Source: Orbicella franksi (Eukaryota). From it: 64,000 nucleotides of DNA. The position numbers and the translations under genes were made by a program. Within the stretch, counting starts at the first letter, position 1; each line of letters starts with the position of its first letter. The DNA lies in NCBI GenBank assembly GCA_964199315.1, contig OZ116705.1, positions 5,580,001 to 5,644,000 of the forward strand, read 5' to 3'. This document shows, in pieces, positions 32,333 through 45,500 of the stretch. A model generated the notes under the pieces. The model was not told the DNA's origin. It ran no database searches and saw only the letters and a program-made list of their open reading frames with translations.

Positions 32333-34074
32333 GCTTGAGGAAAAATTACAGTTTTTGACATCGAATCAGCACGTGATTGTTATCAAACTTGTTGCTTTGA
32401 AATGTGAATAATTTATTTTGCAAGCAGTCTGATGTAGAACATTCCGGTAGAGTTGCATTTAGGCATAAAATTACACTATAGTCGAAATCGGAACCTCTTG
32501 ACGTCGCTTCTTCTCGTCTGTCTTAAGCTTAGCAAAAACGATTATTTCTCGCTCGACTGACATCAAACAAGTAATGATTAAGGTACAATTTAGTAGGTTG
32601 TGGGGACATTTTTTTATCATGTTTCGCAAGATGGAACTTATTAATAAACAAAAATTTTTACACTGTCTCAAAAAGGAGCTAAAACCTACATATCTTTATG
32701 TGCTGGTGTGGTTCTACATATGATTTACTATAGCTGTGTTCACATTAAAGCCAAAACATGATTAGAGTAAACATGTTTCGCCTAAACATGTTTGTCATTG
32801 TATTGTTCACATCAGATGTCGGTTTCAAACACGTTTCATGCATGGTTGTATAATTTATGCTGTTTGTACTCGCATCGGTCGTTTAGTTTTGCGGCAATGT
32901 TCTCCCAAATATTCTGGTTTCTAGCCATCGCCGATAATTGCCGTTGTATTTCTTCATCGGCCCATCATTTGGCCTCGTAATAGCCCCAATCTTGGTTCTT
33001 TTGGGCAGTCGCCTCCTCCCCGCATCCATCCGCCATTTTGAACGTGTTTGGTCTGATCATGATTGAAACTACCTCGCGAGATTGTTTCAATCATGCTCAG
33101 AATAATCATGTTTCAACCATGATTCGCGCAATAGACTGTCTGATGTGAAACCTTTTCATAACGAAACATGTTTCATTCGAGGTCAGACTAATCATGTTTC
33201 GGCCTAACAAAGAACTTAAGACAAGCCCCAATATGTTGAGGAGTAGTCCGACGTGACTTCCATTTGCCAGTTTCAGAGACGTCAGAGTAACATTTTATTA
33301 TGGCGGAAGTATTTGATTTCTTCATTATTTTATCGGTTTCGTTACTTTTTAATGATGCTAATAAATTCTTACAGAAACAAACTTGTCTTGATTACATCTG
33401 GGTACAGCAATACTGAACCCTTTAGTCAAACTGATTGTAACCATGTATCCGACAGTGACGTGTTTGTTGAAACAGCGTGAACGAAATATATAAGAACGTC
33501 TAATTTTGCGATTCGAGACTTGAAACGTTCTTAAGATGTTCTTAAATTTACATGGTATAAAAATAATGAAGACAGGACAACACGGACTCCCTACATGATA
33601 GATGTGATGTGATTATATGTGTCTCATAGTTTGGTCCCTACGAGCATGTCTTTGAGAAATCTACCTCTTTTGTAGGCTATAATAGGTGGATATCTGAGGA
33701 TGGTTTTCAGCAAGGGTTGATTTTGTATTAATGCCCTTAAGTATTTGGGTTAATTTAACATTTTTTGTTACCATTATTTTATGCTTGCCATTTAATATAC
33801 AGATTAGCAAAATAAAAGCTTTCTTAATCGACTTCCAGCCTGAGGAATGTTCTCAATACGTTCTTAAAATTTTGGTTAATCTCAGCCTCAACGTTCTTAT
33901 AAGAAAGGTTCTTACGAAAAAAGACTGTATATCAGTTATCCAGTTTGTAACTTTAACTCATAAAAAGTTTTGTACTTTCTTTTCGGTCTCCTCGTTACTT
34001 TTTCGCCATAATCTATTTTGATTTATATTGAGTTTTAGTTCAATTTTTTTGCCTGGCGAATAAATAACTTTTTT

Positions 34075-35191
34075 CAAACGGAAACTGTGCTGTAAAATAT
34101 TCAGGAATGTGTTTTCGAAATTTTTTCCAGGTTTTCTGAAGGGACCTTTTTACCGAACGGTCATGCAATATCAAACATTTTGCGTATTTTTATATAGTCA
34201 AAAAACCACGTGCACCTCCATAGAAACGTATGCCCAGGCGTACGTTTCTTTGTTAAAATTGGCAAGCTTGAGTTTACCAACGGATTCTCATAAAACTTCG
34301 CATATTTACTAAATAATTCGGCATTATATTTTGTTTGAATGAAAAAATCGGAAATAATAAATAAATAAATAAATATTTATATAGCGCCTATCCATGCCTG
34401 CTCTAAGCGCTGTACAATTCGCCAAAATGAGCTGTACTAATCTTAATAATTAAAAATGTGCATTTAAGAAAGTAATAAAAAGTAAAAATCGCTAAGAATA
34501 ATACGTTTTCTTAAAAAGATGAGTTTTGAGTTTAGATTTAAAAGAACTTAGATTGTCACATGAGTGGATAGAAACAGGTAGACTGTTCCAGAGTTCAGGA
34601 GCGGAAACAGCAAAAGCTCGAGAACCACACGTCTTCAGGTGAAAATTCGTGGGGTTAAGAAGTAGTAAGTGTGATGATCGAAGGATTCTGGAAGGTTGGT
34701 AGTACGTTACTAGATCTTGAATGTAGACAGGAGATTGTTGATGAAGAGCCTTAAAGGTAAGTAATATAATCTTGAATTTAATGCGTTCAGAAACAGGAAG
34801 CCAGTGTAATTCTTTCAGTATTGGAGTGATGTGGTCCTACTTTCGGGAACACGTGATAAGTCGGGCAGCGGCGTTCTGAACAGACTGGAGCTTTTTTAAA
34901 GCACACTTCGGCACATTGTACAAAAGAGCGTTGCAGTGGTCGAGTTTGGAAGACACAAAAGCATGGACCAGGATCTCGGTGGTTTTCGTAGATAAGAATT
35001 TCCTTATCCGGGAGATGTTGCACAGATGATAAGAGGCTGATTCTATGGAGGTGCACGTGGTTTTTTGACTATATAAAAATACGCAAAATTTTGGATATTG
35101 CATGACCGTTCGGTAAAAAGATCCCTTCAGAAAACCTGGAAAAAATTTCGAAAACACATTCCTGAATATTTTACAGCATAGTTTCCGTTTG
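34075..35191. repeat. 151-bp inverted duplication (34075-34225 vs 35041-35191) bracketing the L2 fragment
   Basis: caaacggaaact...cctccatagaa is the reverse complement of ttctatggagg...gtttccgtttg, with about 4 mismatches counted by eye. Confidence 0.9.
34355..35042 (-). mobile_element. 5'-truncated L2-clade LINE (C-terminal RT/ORF2 fragment plus (ATTT)n tail)
   Basis: Translation SASYHLCNISRIRKFL...LVHAFVSSKLDHCNALL...LQSVQNAAARLIT...HITPILKELHWLP...SRAFAVSAPELWNSLP is the typical L2 ORF2 end. The tail is gcgctatataaatatttatttattt. The element is absent from copy 1 (~8065). Confidence 0.88.
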
Positions 35192-35430
35192 GAAAACGTG
35201 ACATAGGTAAAAAGGTCCATTTCCACCAGTGTAAAGCTTACTTAGTAATTTGACATCCACCTGAAAAATTATACAGCTTATCCTAATTCCTATCCGCCAT
35301 ATTCAGTTGCTTTTCTTGATTCTTATTATTCAATTAAAATAAAATGAAACGGAGACTGGAGAACATTTGGTGTGTTTATGTTGCGTTACATTTGTTGCGT
35401 TTCATTAAAAGCCTCGCTTTGAATCCCGAT

Positions 35431-35654
35431 TTCTTGGAATCAGAGCGGAAGTGCTGAAGCAGTATTTGGAAGAAGCGAATGAACATTTGCTCGCAACTAA
35501 AATTAAGCTAAGCTGTTGACCTCGCTCAATGCAACTTTCTTGGTTTCGTCTAGTAGTAGATTACCAATCACTGAATTCTTTTAGTCGGCGAGGACGAACT
35601 ATTTGAAGCCGGGTGGATTAAAAACACCTCTGAAGTGAACGCGGACGTAAAAAG
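35431..35654 (+). promoter_or_regulatory. Putative promoter and first non-coding exon of PARP-B2 (GAS-like 35431-35439, ETS-like 35446-35453)
   Basis: Homologous to 8295-8561, with donor aag|gtaagc at 35655. Confidence 0.45.
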
Positions 35655-36083
35655 GTAAGCCACTCAATATCACTCTGGATTGTGGCAATAATTCACTTGG
35701 TTTATAAATTCCGTTAAGTTAACCTTTTCCTGTGTGATTTTGAGTCGAGGGAACGTAACGATAGAGGTGCATTTATTCCTGTATGTTTGTTACACTTCAG
35801 TTTAAGGTATTGATGTAAATCTGAACCCCTTTCACGTTGAAACTCTATACTAGCGTGAATCGAGATCTGTTCCTACGATGCAGCTCAGGGCAACAGATCC
35901 TTAAATTGAAATGGTACCCTCAGTTTTCTTTTAACTCTTTGTGTATTTTGACATTATTTTGAAATTCATTTCCCATCCTATCTCGATTCTAGGGCCGCTG
36001 ATTAGGATTAAAACTGTTAAATTCGATGAGCCGAAACAAAATATGCTTAACAAGCATGTTTTGATCCGACGGCCTAATGAAAG

Positions 36084-36094
36084 GAAAGCGAAAC
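36084..36094 (+). promoter_or_regulatory. IRF-E/ISRE-like motif GAAAGCGAAAC in PARP-B2 intron 1
   Basis: Identical to 9024-9034. Confidence 0.35.
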
Positions 36095-36571
36095 AAAGTC
36101 GAAAGCTCAAAAGGGGAATACCCCATATCTATTTTCCTACCATCCATCCTGCCACGTACCCACCGAATATTGAACGTCAATTGGTGGTGTTTTCAAATAA
36201 GAGTACGGCTTTTGGAAGAGTTTCATTTAATACGTCAACGACTAAGACGTTTGCAAGTTTACATATAGAACCTGATATATTAGCGACAGTAATCCCATTC
36301 AACCGGATATAATATCAAAGCATTGGATGCACCAAAGCTTGATAAATAGTACTGGTCGGGTACACTGTCATAAAGTGTGTGAAATAAAAATTGTTAATGA
36401 AATTTTATACAGGAGCCATCTTTAGCGCTACTTATAATTTGGCCTCAACAACTTATTTCACAGTTGTATTACAAATAACATACTTTGAATGCGATGTGGT
36501 AGGTTTGAAACATCATTGTCAAGTTTTAGGAGGAGTGTAACAGTGTTATACCTGTCAAGCAGAGGACTGAA

Positions 36572-39500
36572 ATGGCAGGTGAGTTCAACATTCAACTTTA
36601 TTTATAATCTGACAGTCAGCTGATAAAAACGGATCTGCATGCAGAGAGTGTGTTGGGATTGTAAAGATATTTATGTGGATACAGATGATTATAACAAACT
36701 ATCTACATGTATGGTTTCATAAACGCCATTGCCTCTGATGTCTTACTAAAACAACCAGGAAGAATGATTACAATTGTTTTGGAGTTTTATATCGCAAAGC
36801 GTTTGAATGTGACTCATTTATACTCGAGAACTTTGCTGAAAGTGATGTTCATGATTTTTATAACTGGACTAATTGTTGTTCATTGTGGTACAGTACGTCA
36901 ATAAGAGTCCACCCACCACCTCTCAGAAACAACCACACCCTTTAAGGAATAGACCTTTTTAGCTTTGGGTGGTTTGTTTTCCCATCACAGACCACATGAT
37001 ATTCTCACGAGAATTAATCTTTTATCCATCTAAAAATTCTTCATTCAAAGAAAAGTGACCCCTGCTTGACTATTTGAAAATTTGAAAGGAACTGAGAATT
37101 CTCAAGAGTACCATCACATGGTCTGACTGGGTGACGGGGGCCGCAAACCGCCCAAGCTAAAAAGGTCTATTCATGATAGCTTTGCTATTAATAATGAAAT
37201 TAACGTGCTGGAATATTGTGTGACGTTCATCGGGAATGGCCATGATGACCTCAGTCAGTTACATGACGATTTGGCTGAAAAAACTCCAAAGAAAGGCTAT
37301 CTGAAACAATTTTATGCGGGACTGCCCATAATAAACGTTGGCTCGTAGCTTTAATATAAAAAAATGTATATGCAAGAAAGGATGGATAGAAAAACTCATT
37401 CTTTACAACCTGTTCAGGAGGGGGATACGTTTTAAAATTAGAATTCAATTGCCAGGGGGGGGGGGTATAATTTTCGTATAAAATTATTCTGGGAGTACAG
37501 TTGCGACGGCTACACTTGTTTAAAAACCACAGCCCTCCCCCGCCGGGACGTAGTAGCGATCACCAAAGCACAAAAGCTGAAACTATTTTATACGTTAGAA
37601 CAATAGAGTGACGAACGTTTTCCTTACCCAATAAACAGCGTTGAAATACTTGCTGAAGATATTTGAGAGTAGGAAAAAATGCAACATTGTTTTGACAGGT
37701 TTTATCAACCTTGTAAATAGAATGTAACAGTTATTAATTGACTAGTTAATTTTATATCCTAATAACCAAGACAACAAGAAAGCCGCAAGTTCTGCTGAGA
37801 AGGACCAGGAGAATAACGCAGAAAGTGGTGGTGCCTCTAATGAGAATCGTCACCATAGCGACCTATTATGTAAGTCTGAGCAATCCACCTGGCAAAAGGT
37901 ACAACCGCGCAGTCAGCATCCAAGAGCACAAAGAGAAGGTATTATCAATCACGAGTGTTGATAAAAGAGTACATAATGATTTACATTCCCGAGACTTCCT
38001 GGTGTTTTTAACGGTAAATTATCTCTTAGTTTGTTTTTGTCTGGGTTACTTCGTCTGCGCAGTCGCTCCTGTTAGTTGCAGTTTTTCACGTTTTATCTCA
38101 TACTGAAGTGATGAATGACTATTTCTCGGTCAAATGGAAAATGGGTGCACAGGAACTAAATTTATCTAGTGCTTTTATTTTTTATAATGCATTGGACTGA
38201 CTAGATTTTTTTATCGCCATGCAGGAGAATAGCAATATACCTGGTTCGTAAGCAAGACGTAATGTTTATAAGTAGTTGGGTCTCGTCTGATTTGACCAAT
38301 CGAAATCCGGGACACTTGTTATAGGAAATTCTAGATTACCTCCGGCGTGTGATGCGATTTCCATTACCCAACCACTCCCTCTTCCCCAAAAGTTCAAAAG
38401 TTCAGTAGCAGTTTCTTCAGAAGGTAACAACTATTTTGAAGCAGCTGTTAACGTAGAAAGGTCTCCGTGGCCATACGTCTTGAATGTTCGTTTTTCAAAA
38501 GCAGACGATTTTCAGTATTATGACAAGCAACCAGGTGAGACATCGACTCTTATTCTATTTCAGCACAAGGGCCAGGAGGTGGAAGTCGAAACAACGCGAC
38601 TACGGCTAGAGCCCCTCGCGGAAGAGCCCAAAGTCGGGGCAGTAGAGGGACGTCAAATCGATCAGTTCCTCACCGAAATGAACCAAGTGAAAGAGCTGGT
38701 AGACGTTGTCACAGTGAGGATGGTCATGGAAGAAGGGGAAAGCGAGGACGCGGCTTTGACGGTGCACGAGGAAGGTCCAGAGGAAGGGGAGGTGAGAAAC
38801 AGCCACCATGCGGTATGGAAAACGTTCCTCAATACTGTCGACGGCAGGTATTCGCGACAATGACTAAACATCTCGAGGAGTACGTGAAAATAAAACGGAC
38901 TATTATATACCATAAAATTGTTGGCAAATTGTTCTTTTCAGGTCTCAGTACACGTCTTACAGTAGTAGCTGCGACAATTTCTTTTTACTGATCACTTTCT
39001 CAATTCTCATGACATTTGCAGCATGATTCTGAATTGATGTTGTGTGAACAAACTATTAAGAATCCCAACTGGGTAGTGACTTCATGAATGAGGGAAACGT
39101 AGCAAATGGTGTCATTAAACCATACATCTCAATAGTACAGTAGATTCTCGTTGATACCACTACCGGCGTGATATCAGATCTCAGTCGGGTACACGGGGTA
39201 GGTTCAAATTATAGCCCTTTCAGCATGTCATGATAAAAAGATATGAGTTAATCTTGTCTACCATCGACTCTTGTCTGCAGTAGAATAAATTTTATCAGTG
39301 TTCGCAGTGGCTGGACAGAATTTTAAAAAAGTTACCATTTGGTATTACCACTTGTTAAGTATTTTTGGGTGGAGACACCATTCGTTCGCCGTTTGCTGGC
39401 AGCAGGGTAACGCGTAGTGAATCAAATTTTTTTTGACTTCTTTTTGAGAACAGGACCTACTTACCAACCTGGAGCTGGGCCCCGCCATCCTGTGTCCTTA

Positions 39501-42500
39501 GGATTTATCCAGCCGGACATCAAGTACGAGTGGAACAAGTTGTATGTGTTAGGTTTGCACCACAGGACAACACCTGACGGAATAATGAACTACATCGAGA
39601 GAATCAGCGGTTATGATGTTAAGTACGTGAAGTGGTTTAAGCCAAATGGAAAAGCCATTGTTGCACTGCAAACTGAAAAAATTTCAGGTAAACAGTTACC
39701 CTGGCAGCGTTTGATAGTGGCATGGAAAAAAAATCACACTATCTATATCCATCCAGATTTAATAAATATTTTGCGTCATATCGAGCTGAGTAAGAAATAC
39801 ACCTTGGTCCTCACCCGTAACGTCATCCAGGTTTAAGTTAATTTGTCACGTTTACTACTTCAACGCAAACGCCACAGTAAAATTGAACAACGCTTATGGT
39901 AAGTTGCATCTGTGCCAGCATAAAAATCCACACGTGCCCTACCGTTAATACTCAGTCAAGGTTTCTGTCCGTTCATATTTGGCAAGGATCAAAGTCAGGA
40001 AAGCCCAGGCTGACTACTAGAGTCAGGACAAATCCGGAAGTGGGCAAGGGCTGGGGACCTTCATGACTACTAACTGTCAGTGCTGTATACATTACACTCT
40101 GCACAATGTGAGGGTCTCACTAGTTACTGCTTTGGTAATGGTAATGTTTTCAGATTTTGCGAAGATTGTCAGAGAAGCGGCGAAAAAGCCACTTGATGGT
40201 GTAAACGTGTTAATTGAAAGAGCACCCGAATGTAAGAGCATATATGTAAGCGGATTTTCGGAAAACACATCAAGAGAGCAAGTGGAAGCGTACTTTGACG
40301 AAATTGGTGCCCTGGAGAACGTTGTCTTCAATCCAGCCTGGGGCGAAGAAGGGAAGGACAAGAGAGCTATTGTGTTTTTCAAAGAAAAGAAAAGTAAGTC
40401 GAAAAAAGGAAATTAGATAAATTATGATTACGATTAATGATTAAAGCTAGTTTTCTGGGTACGATTCTCGAAAAAGATTCAGAGAGCGAGACGGCTTGAA
40501 ACCGAGACACCAAGCAGTCGATTAATGAATTAAATGAATTAACACTTTTCTTATGGATCGGATGGATCCCGCTAATCCTTAGATTCAGTCAGTCCCTCAT
40601 CCTATGTCACAACTATCCTTTCACTCAATATAAAGAGACAGAATGCAAATCATTTAGAATCGTGATAAAATCTCTGTCGTACGTTGTTCCGGTTCTTTGA
40701 CTAAAACACGATTTTTGGTCATTTAAGATACGGCTTAGAGACTTATTTCGATGACGTATTTTTAAATTAACGTATTGTGTCACTCATGAGTCCTTTTGTT
40801 CAATGACGTTCTCGGTGCTAAATTAAGAACAAAAGAAAGGATGAAATATATTCAAGATAATTATTTTAGTCGTAACGAGAAGATTGGGTATAGCTATTTG
40901 CCACTCTGCATGGTTTTGTATTAACTGCTCGACACTAATTCGATTTTTTACGTAAGTTGCGTGGTTGCCCTTTTTAGTGCTCTGACGTCATGTTTTAAAA
41001 GAAAGTGCTCATGGCAAATTAAAACATTAAAATTGCTGATATATGTAACCGATTTTCTTCAAAAATTTATTAGTGCTATAACTTTCGTTCTTGTCTACAG
41101 GTGTAAAGAAATCTACCAAGAACGACCAATTCATTGATGGTAAGCCTTTGCACGTAGAGCATTTCTTCCCTTTTATCGGAACACTAGTGCCAGTTGACCA
41201 ACCGACAAGACCATCGCGGCCTACATCAGGTGACGTCCAAGCAACTGGTCAGCAATTTTACAAAGCTGTAGACAAGGACATTATGGAATTTTTAATGAAA
41301 TCCAACCAAGAGGAAAAATTGAGAGGACTTCTATATTCGGACGAACACGCTCGCGTAAGGTGGACAAATGAAGAAGGATACGTTCTCGTAAAACACGACT
41401 CACCGGGAAATAAGGTGGACAAAGAATTTGATGAGAGCACTTGGAAAAACTGCTGCTCAAAAATAATTGACAGCTTTATTGACAGTTGTGCCGCGAAAGA
41501 ATTTCCAGTCGAAGAGGACATTTGGGAAGCAGTAGCCGATCAGTTGCCACAGATGGAAAGAATCCTTCCTAAGTTCACAGCGCAAGTTAAGCTGTTGAAG
41601 GAATCTCAAACAGTTAAATTGATTTGCCAGAAATCTAATATGTCAGATTTTGCAGAAAAGCTGTCAGATCGGTTAAAAGCCATCAGACAGGAAGAACTTG
41701 AGAAAAAGTTAGAGCAGAAGACGTTGACTGACATAACTAGTGAAAAACTTCAACTTCTACAAAATGCCAGAATCGAAGACATTTTGAAGAAAAAGTTTCA
41801 TCAAGATCTTCAAGTAAAGATCGACTTGAGCAACAAAAACCTTGTAATAAAGACGCCTAAAGGACATATGACATCTGTCATGCCTTATCTCAGACAGCGC
41901 CTGGACGAAATTGACCAATACGCCATAGCCATGCCCCCAGAAATCTTAGACATCTTGAAAACAAAGGTTGGGAAAAGAAAGATGACTGATGAACTGCAAG
42001 GATGTGCTTTTAACGTTGATGAAAAAAGCAAAAAAGTCATCCTTCTTGGACGGACGCCTTCTGAAACCAAGCAAGGGAGAGAAAAGACAAAAAACCTGCT
42101 AATAAGCGATCGCAATCTTTCAGTTGTCGACTCAGATAATAACCTAATGCGTTCAAAAAACTGGGACGATCTCTGCAAGAAAATGGTCAAACGCCTGACG
42201 ATCCGCCACAAACGTGAATTAACTTGCATAGCTGTCTTTGGGTTCAAACAAGATGTCACAGAGGCCGTAAAGAAAATGAGGGATTTTCTCAACGAGAAGA
42301 AAGCAACAGAAGGCCAGTTCCGACTCGATTCGTCGATTCATCGAAAATTCTTCAACGATTATTACACGGATGATCTTCATGCGATCGAAGAAGAACTGAC
42401 CCACTATGGAGTCAAGATTTCTTTAGAAGAAAGTGAGGGCTTGATCAGATTTTCAGGAACTGAAGAGGGCGTCAAAGATGTTGAGGAGAAGATGTACGCT

Positions 42501-45500
42501 CTGCAAGACGAAATAAAGGAGAAGAGGTTCGTCATTTCCACCCCTGGCATGCGAAACTTCTTAGCCCAGGATGAAGGAAAACGGTTGATTGAAACCGTGG
42601 AACGAGATTGCAAGTGTGTTATAGAGATAACAACAGAAACCGAGGAACAAGCTAAAGACGGCGACGAAAGTGAGGGCGATGAGGAACTCGATGAAGACGA
42701 CACCTTTTTCACCTCAGAGCGGAAAAAGATGATTTGGAGGACGGGGAATATTGAAGAAGAACAGGTTTGTTGTAATGCCTCCATCAGTCGAAATCAACAT
42801 TGCCCATCGGCCCTTGGGCAACCCCTGGGCATTAGCTAGCAGTTCGTGAAACAAATAAAAAGGCATGCCAAGCTAGGTCCGCTGGCAAGATGTTACACAA
42901 TATTGCAAAATCTAGCCGATCATTTTTACTATCTCATGGTGAACTCTTACAGATAGATGGCCATGCATCACATTTTAATTGTTTGATCACTGGAACAGAA
43001 GTCAGGAGTTTTTGTATGTAAAAGTTAAGAGACCATTTAAAAATCCCGTCCCTTGGATTGCGAACGTGAGCAATCACCCAACTAGAGGAGTAAATCTTTA
43101 TTGTTAACTAATGCCCAGGAAGGATGGCTATTGGTTACGTAATTGATTAGTTTAGGTCTTCTAGGTTCCTAAGCCCAGGGTGAATAAATTAGCCTGCTAA
43201 TGTAACGACTGGAGGAAAGGTCATTGTCGGGAATACGTCGCATGTTGCTAACCACCGGTCCATTTGTGGTGCTTCGCTGGTCCCAAAAGGAAGGTCGTTA
43301 ATTACTTGCCATTTCTGATAGCCATATGTTTACACACTTGAACTTTCAAAGCTCACTTACACAACTGTATTATATGAATAGAGAGATTAATTTCTGTAAA
43401 AAACTGAGGTGCTGAGTCGATGGGGCACGTAAAACACATTTCTTCGGACGAAAGGCAGAAGCCAGAAACGTCAATCAGCTTTTCTTAAATTACCTACGTC
43501 AGTTTATTTACCATTATCATCTTCAAGTTAGTAATCAACTTTGTGCTGTCTCTTAATTGTGTTCTAGGCTGACGTGTTAGTGTGTTCTGTGGGGTCAAAG
43601 TTCAATCTTGCCATTGGTGCGATTGCAAATGCCATGAGCAAAGCTGGCGGTCCAGCTTTACAGGACGAGTTGAAGAAGTTGAAAGAGACGACAGCTGACA
43701 TGGGTGACATTGTTCACACGGGACCTGAAAACCTGCCCTGCCGTTACGTTATTCACTGTGTATGTTGCCTGTGGAAAGGACATGCTGAGCAAGAAGAGGT
43801 CAGGATAAGAACATTCTCGTGCCAAATGAGATCATTTTATTAGCAGCGTCGTAAAACTTGGTTGCAGTTTTAGTTTCAGCATAGTTCTTCTAAAAATGGT
43901 TTTTAGAATTATTTTTAGAAATGACAAGGACTCCAGGCTTAAGACATGGAGCACTGTGTATTTTGTTGAGACAATCCCAAGACTTAGAGTGCGTTCCTTT
44001 GGGATCATCTGGATCTGGATTAATGATGCGAGATCACTCCGATAATGTTGGAGCCGACGAATCCTCTCTGGGGAAGGATTCATCGGTTCCTTTGATGCAC
44101 CCTGATCCGATTGATCTCGATCATTGATCCTGATCCGGATGATCCCAAAGCAACGCCCTCTTAGATTACCTACCAGAAATGGATAAGGGAAAAGCAGCCT
44201 GGAGCTTGCTAAATGAATTCAAGGGCTTATTCCTTAATGTCATGTGCTGTTTTCATCCACAGATTCTAAGGGAGCTGTTTCGAAAATGCTTTGACAAGGC
44301 GTCCGAATTGGGTGCTTGCTCAATTGCATTACCACTTGTAGGGACTGGTAACCTTGGTTTCCCGTATCAAACCGCCGTCCACATTATGATCCAGGCAGCT
44401 GTTGATTACAGTCAGGCAAATCCAGAGTCACCCTTAGAGGAGTTCCGGTTTATAGTGTTCGGCGGTGATCAGAAAGGAATTACAGCTTTCCAAGAGACGT
44501 TTGCTGAGTTCAAGAAGAGAAATATGCCAGTGCTGAAGCCTCGAAAGCGAGAAGCCCGTAAGAACAAACCAATTCCTGTTGGATCCGATTTCAAATGCAA
44601 AGCAGTTCGCATCGGAAACATCGAGTTGAAGGTCGTGAAAGGAGACATCACCAAGGAAAACTCCGATGCAATCTGTAATGTAGTCACCCAAGATCTTGAC
44701 ATGAGTAGTGGAAATTTAAGCAACGTCATCTCTACAGCCTGTGGTAGCACAGTCGAAGAGGAGTTAAAGTTGAAAGCTCCTCAGCGTCCAGGATCTGTTG
44801 TGACCACTACTGCTGGACGCTTGTCTGCGAAACAGATCGTGCATATGGTTGTCGGATCTGGAACGAAACAGCATCTTCAAACATGCGTGGAGAAAGCTGT
44901 CAAAGAAGTCGATTCCTTAGGCTTGGTGTCAGTGTCCATTCCAGCGGTTGGTAGTGGTGGACTGGGACGGACAGCTGAAGACTCAGCAAAAGTGGTTTTC
45001 GGAGCAATCCGCGCACTCCTGACCAGGAGACCATTTAGTTCACTTCGTGAGATACGAGTTGTCGTCTATGACCTTTCCCTGATTGGTGCATTCGTGGTGG
45101 AGTTGGATGCAATGCAGCGAGACAATTTGGACTCCTGCCAGCGCAAACACGACGAAGACGATGATGATGATGATGGTGAAGAGGGTTTAGAAGCTTGTCT
45201 GGCTTCAGCTGATGAGTTAACGAAGAAGTATTGTTACAAAAAGGTCATTGTGCATGGGCGGGAAAAGTCACTTGATGAAGCTATGGCAGCCTTGAAGGAC
45301 GGAGTCGCCACTGCCTGCAATGAACCACGTGTCATCAAACGCGAAATCATAAGTCGTTTTCCAAGACGTTGCATACGGGAACTGAAGCGAATGTCGCGCG
45401 CTCAAGATGTGAAATTTGACCAACCAGAACCAGATACTATTAGACTGGAAGGGCTTCCCAAAGATGTGATGGACATGAACTCAGCGGTATCAAATGCCAT

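Noticed and set aside
60-45077. Many minus-strand and alternate-frame ORFs overlapping the long PARP exons (e.g. 60-293, 423-641, 17485-17748, 18112-18519, 41885-42292, 44469-44750)
   Set aside because: These are antisense shadows of real coding exons. They are Ser/Phe/Leu-rich with no motifs, and recur only because the exons are duplicated.
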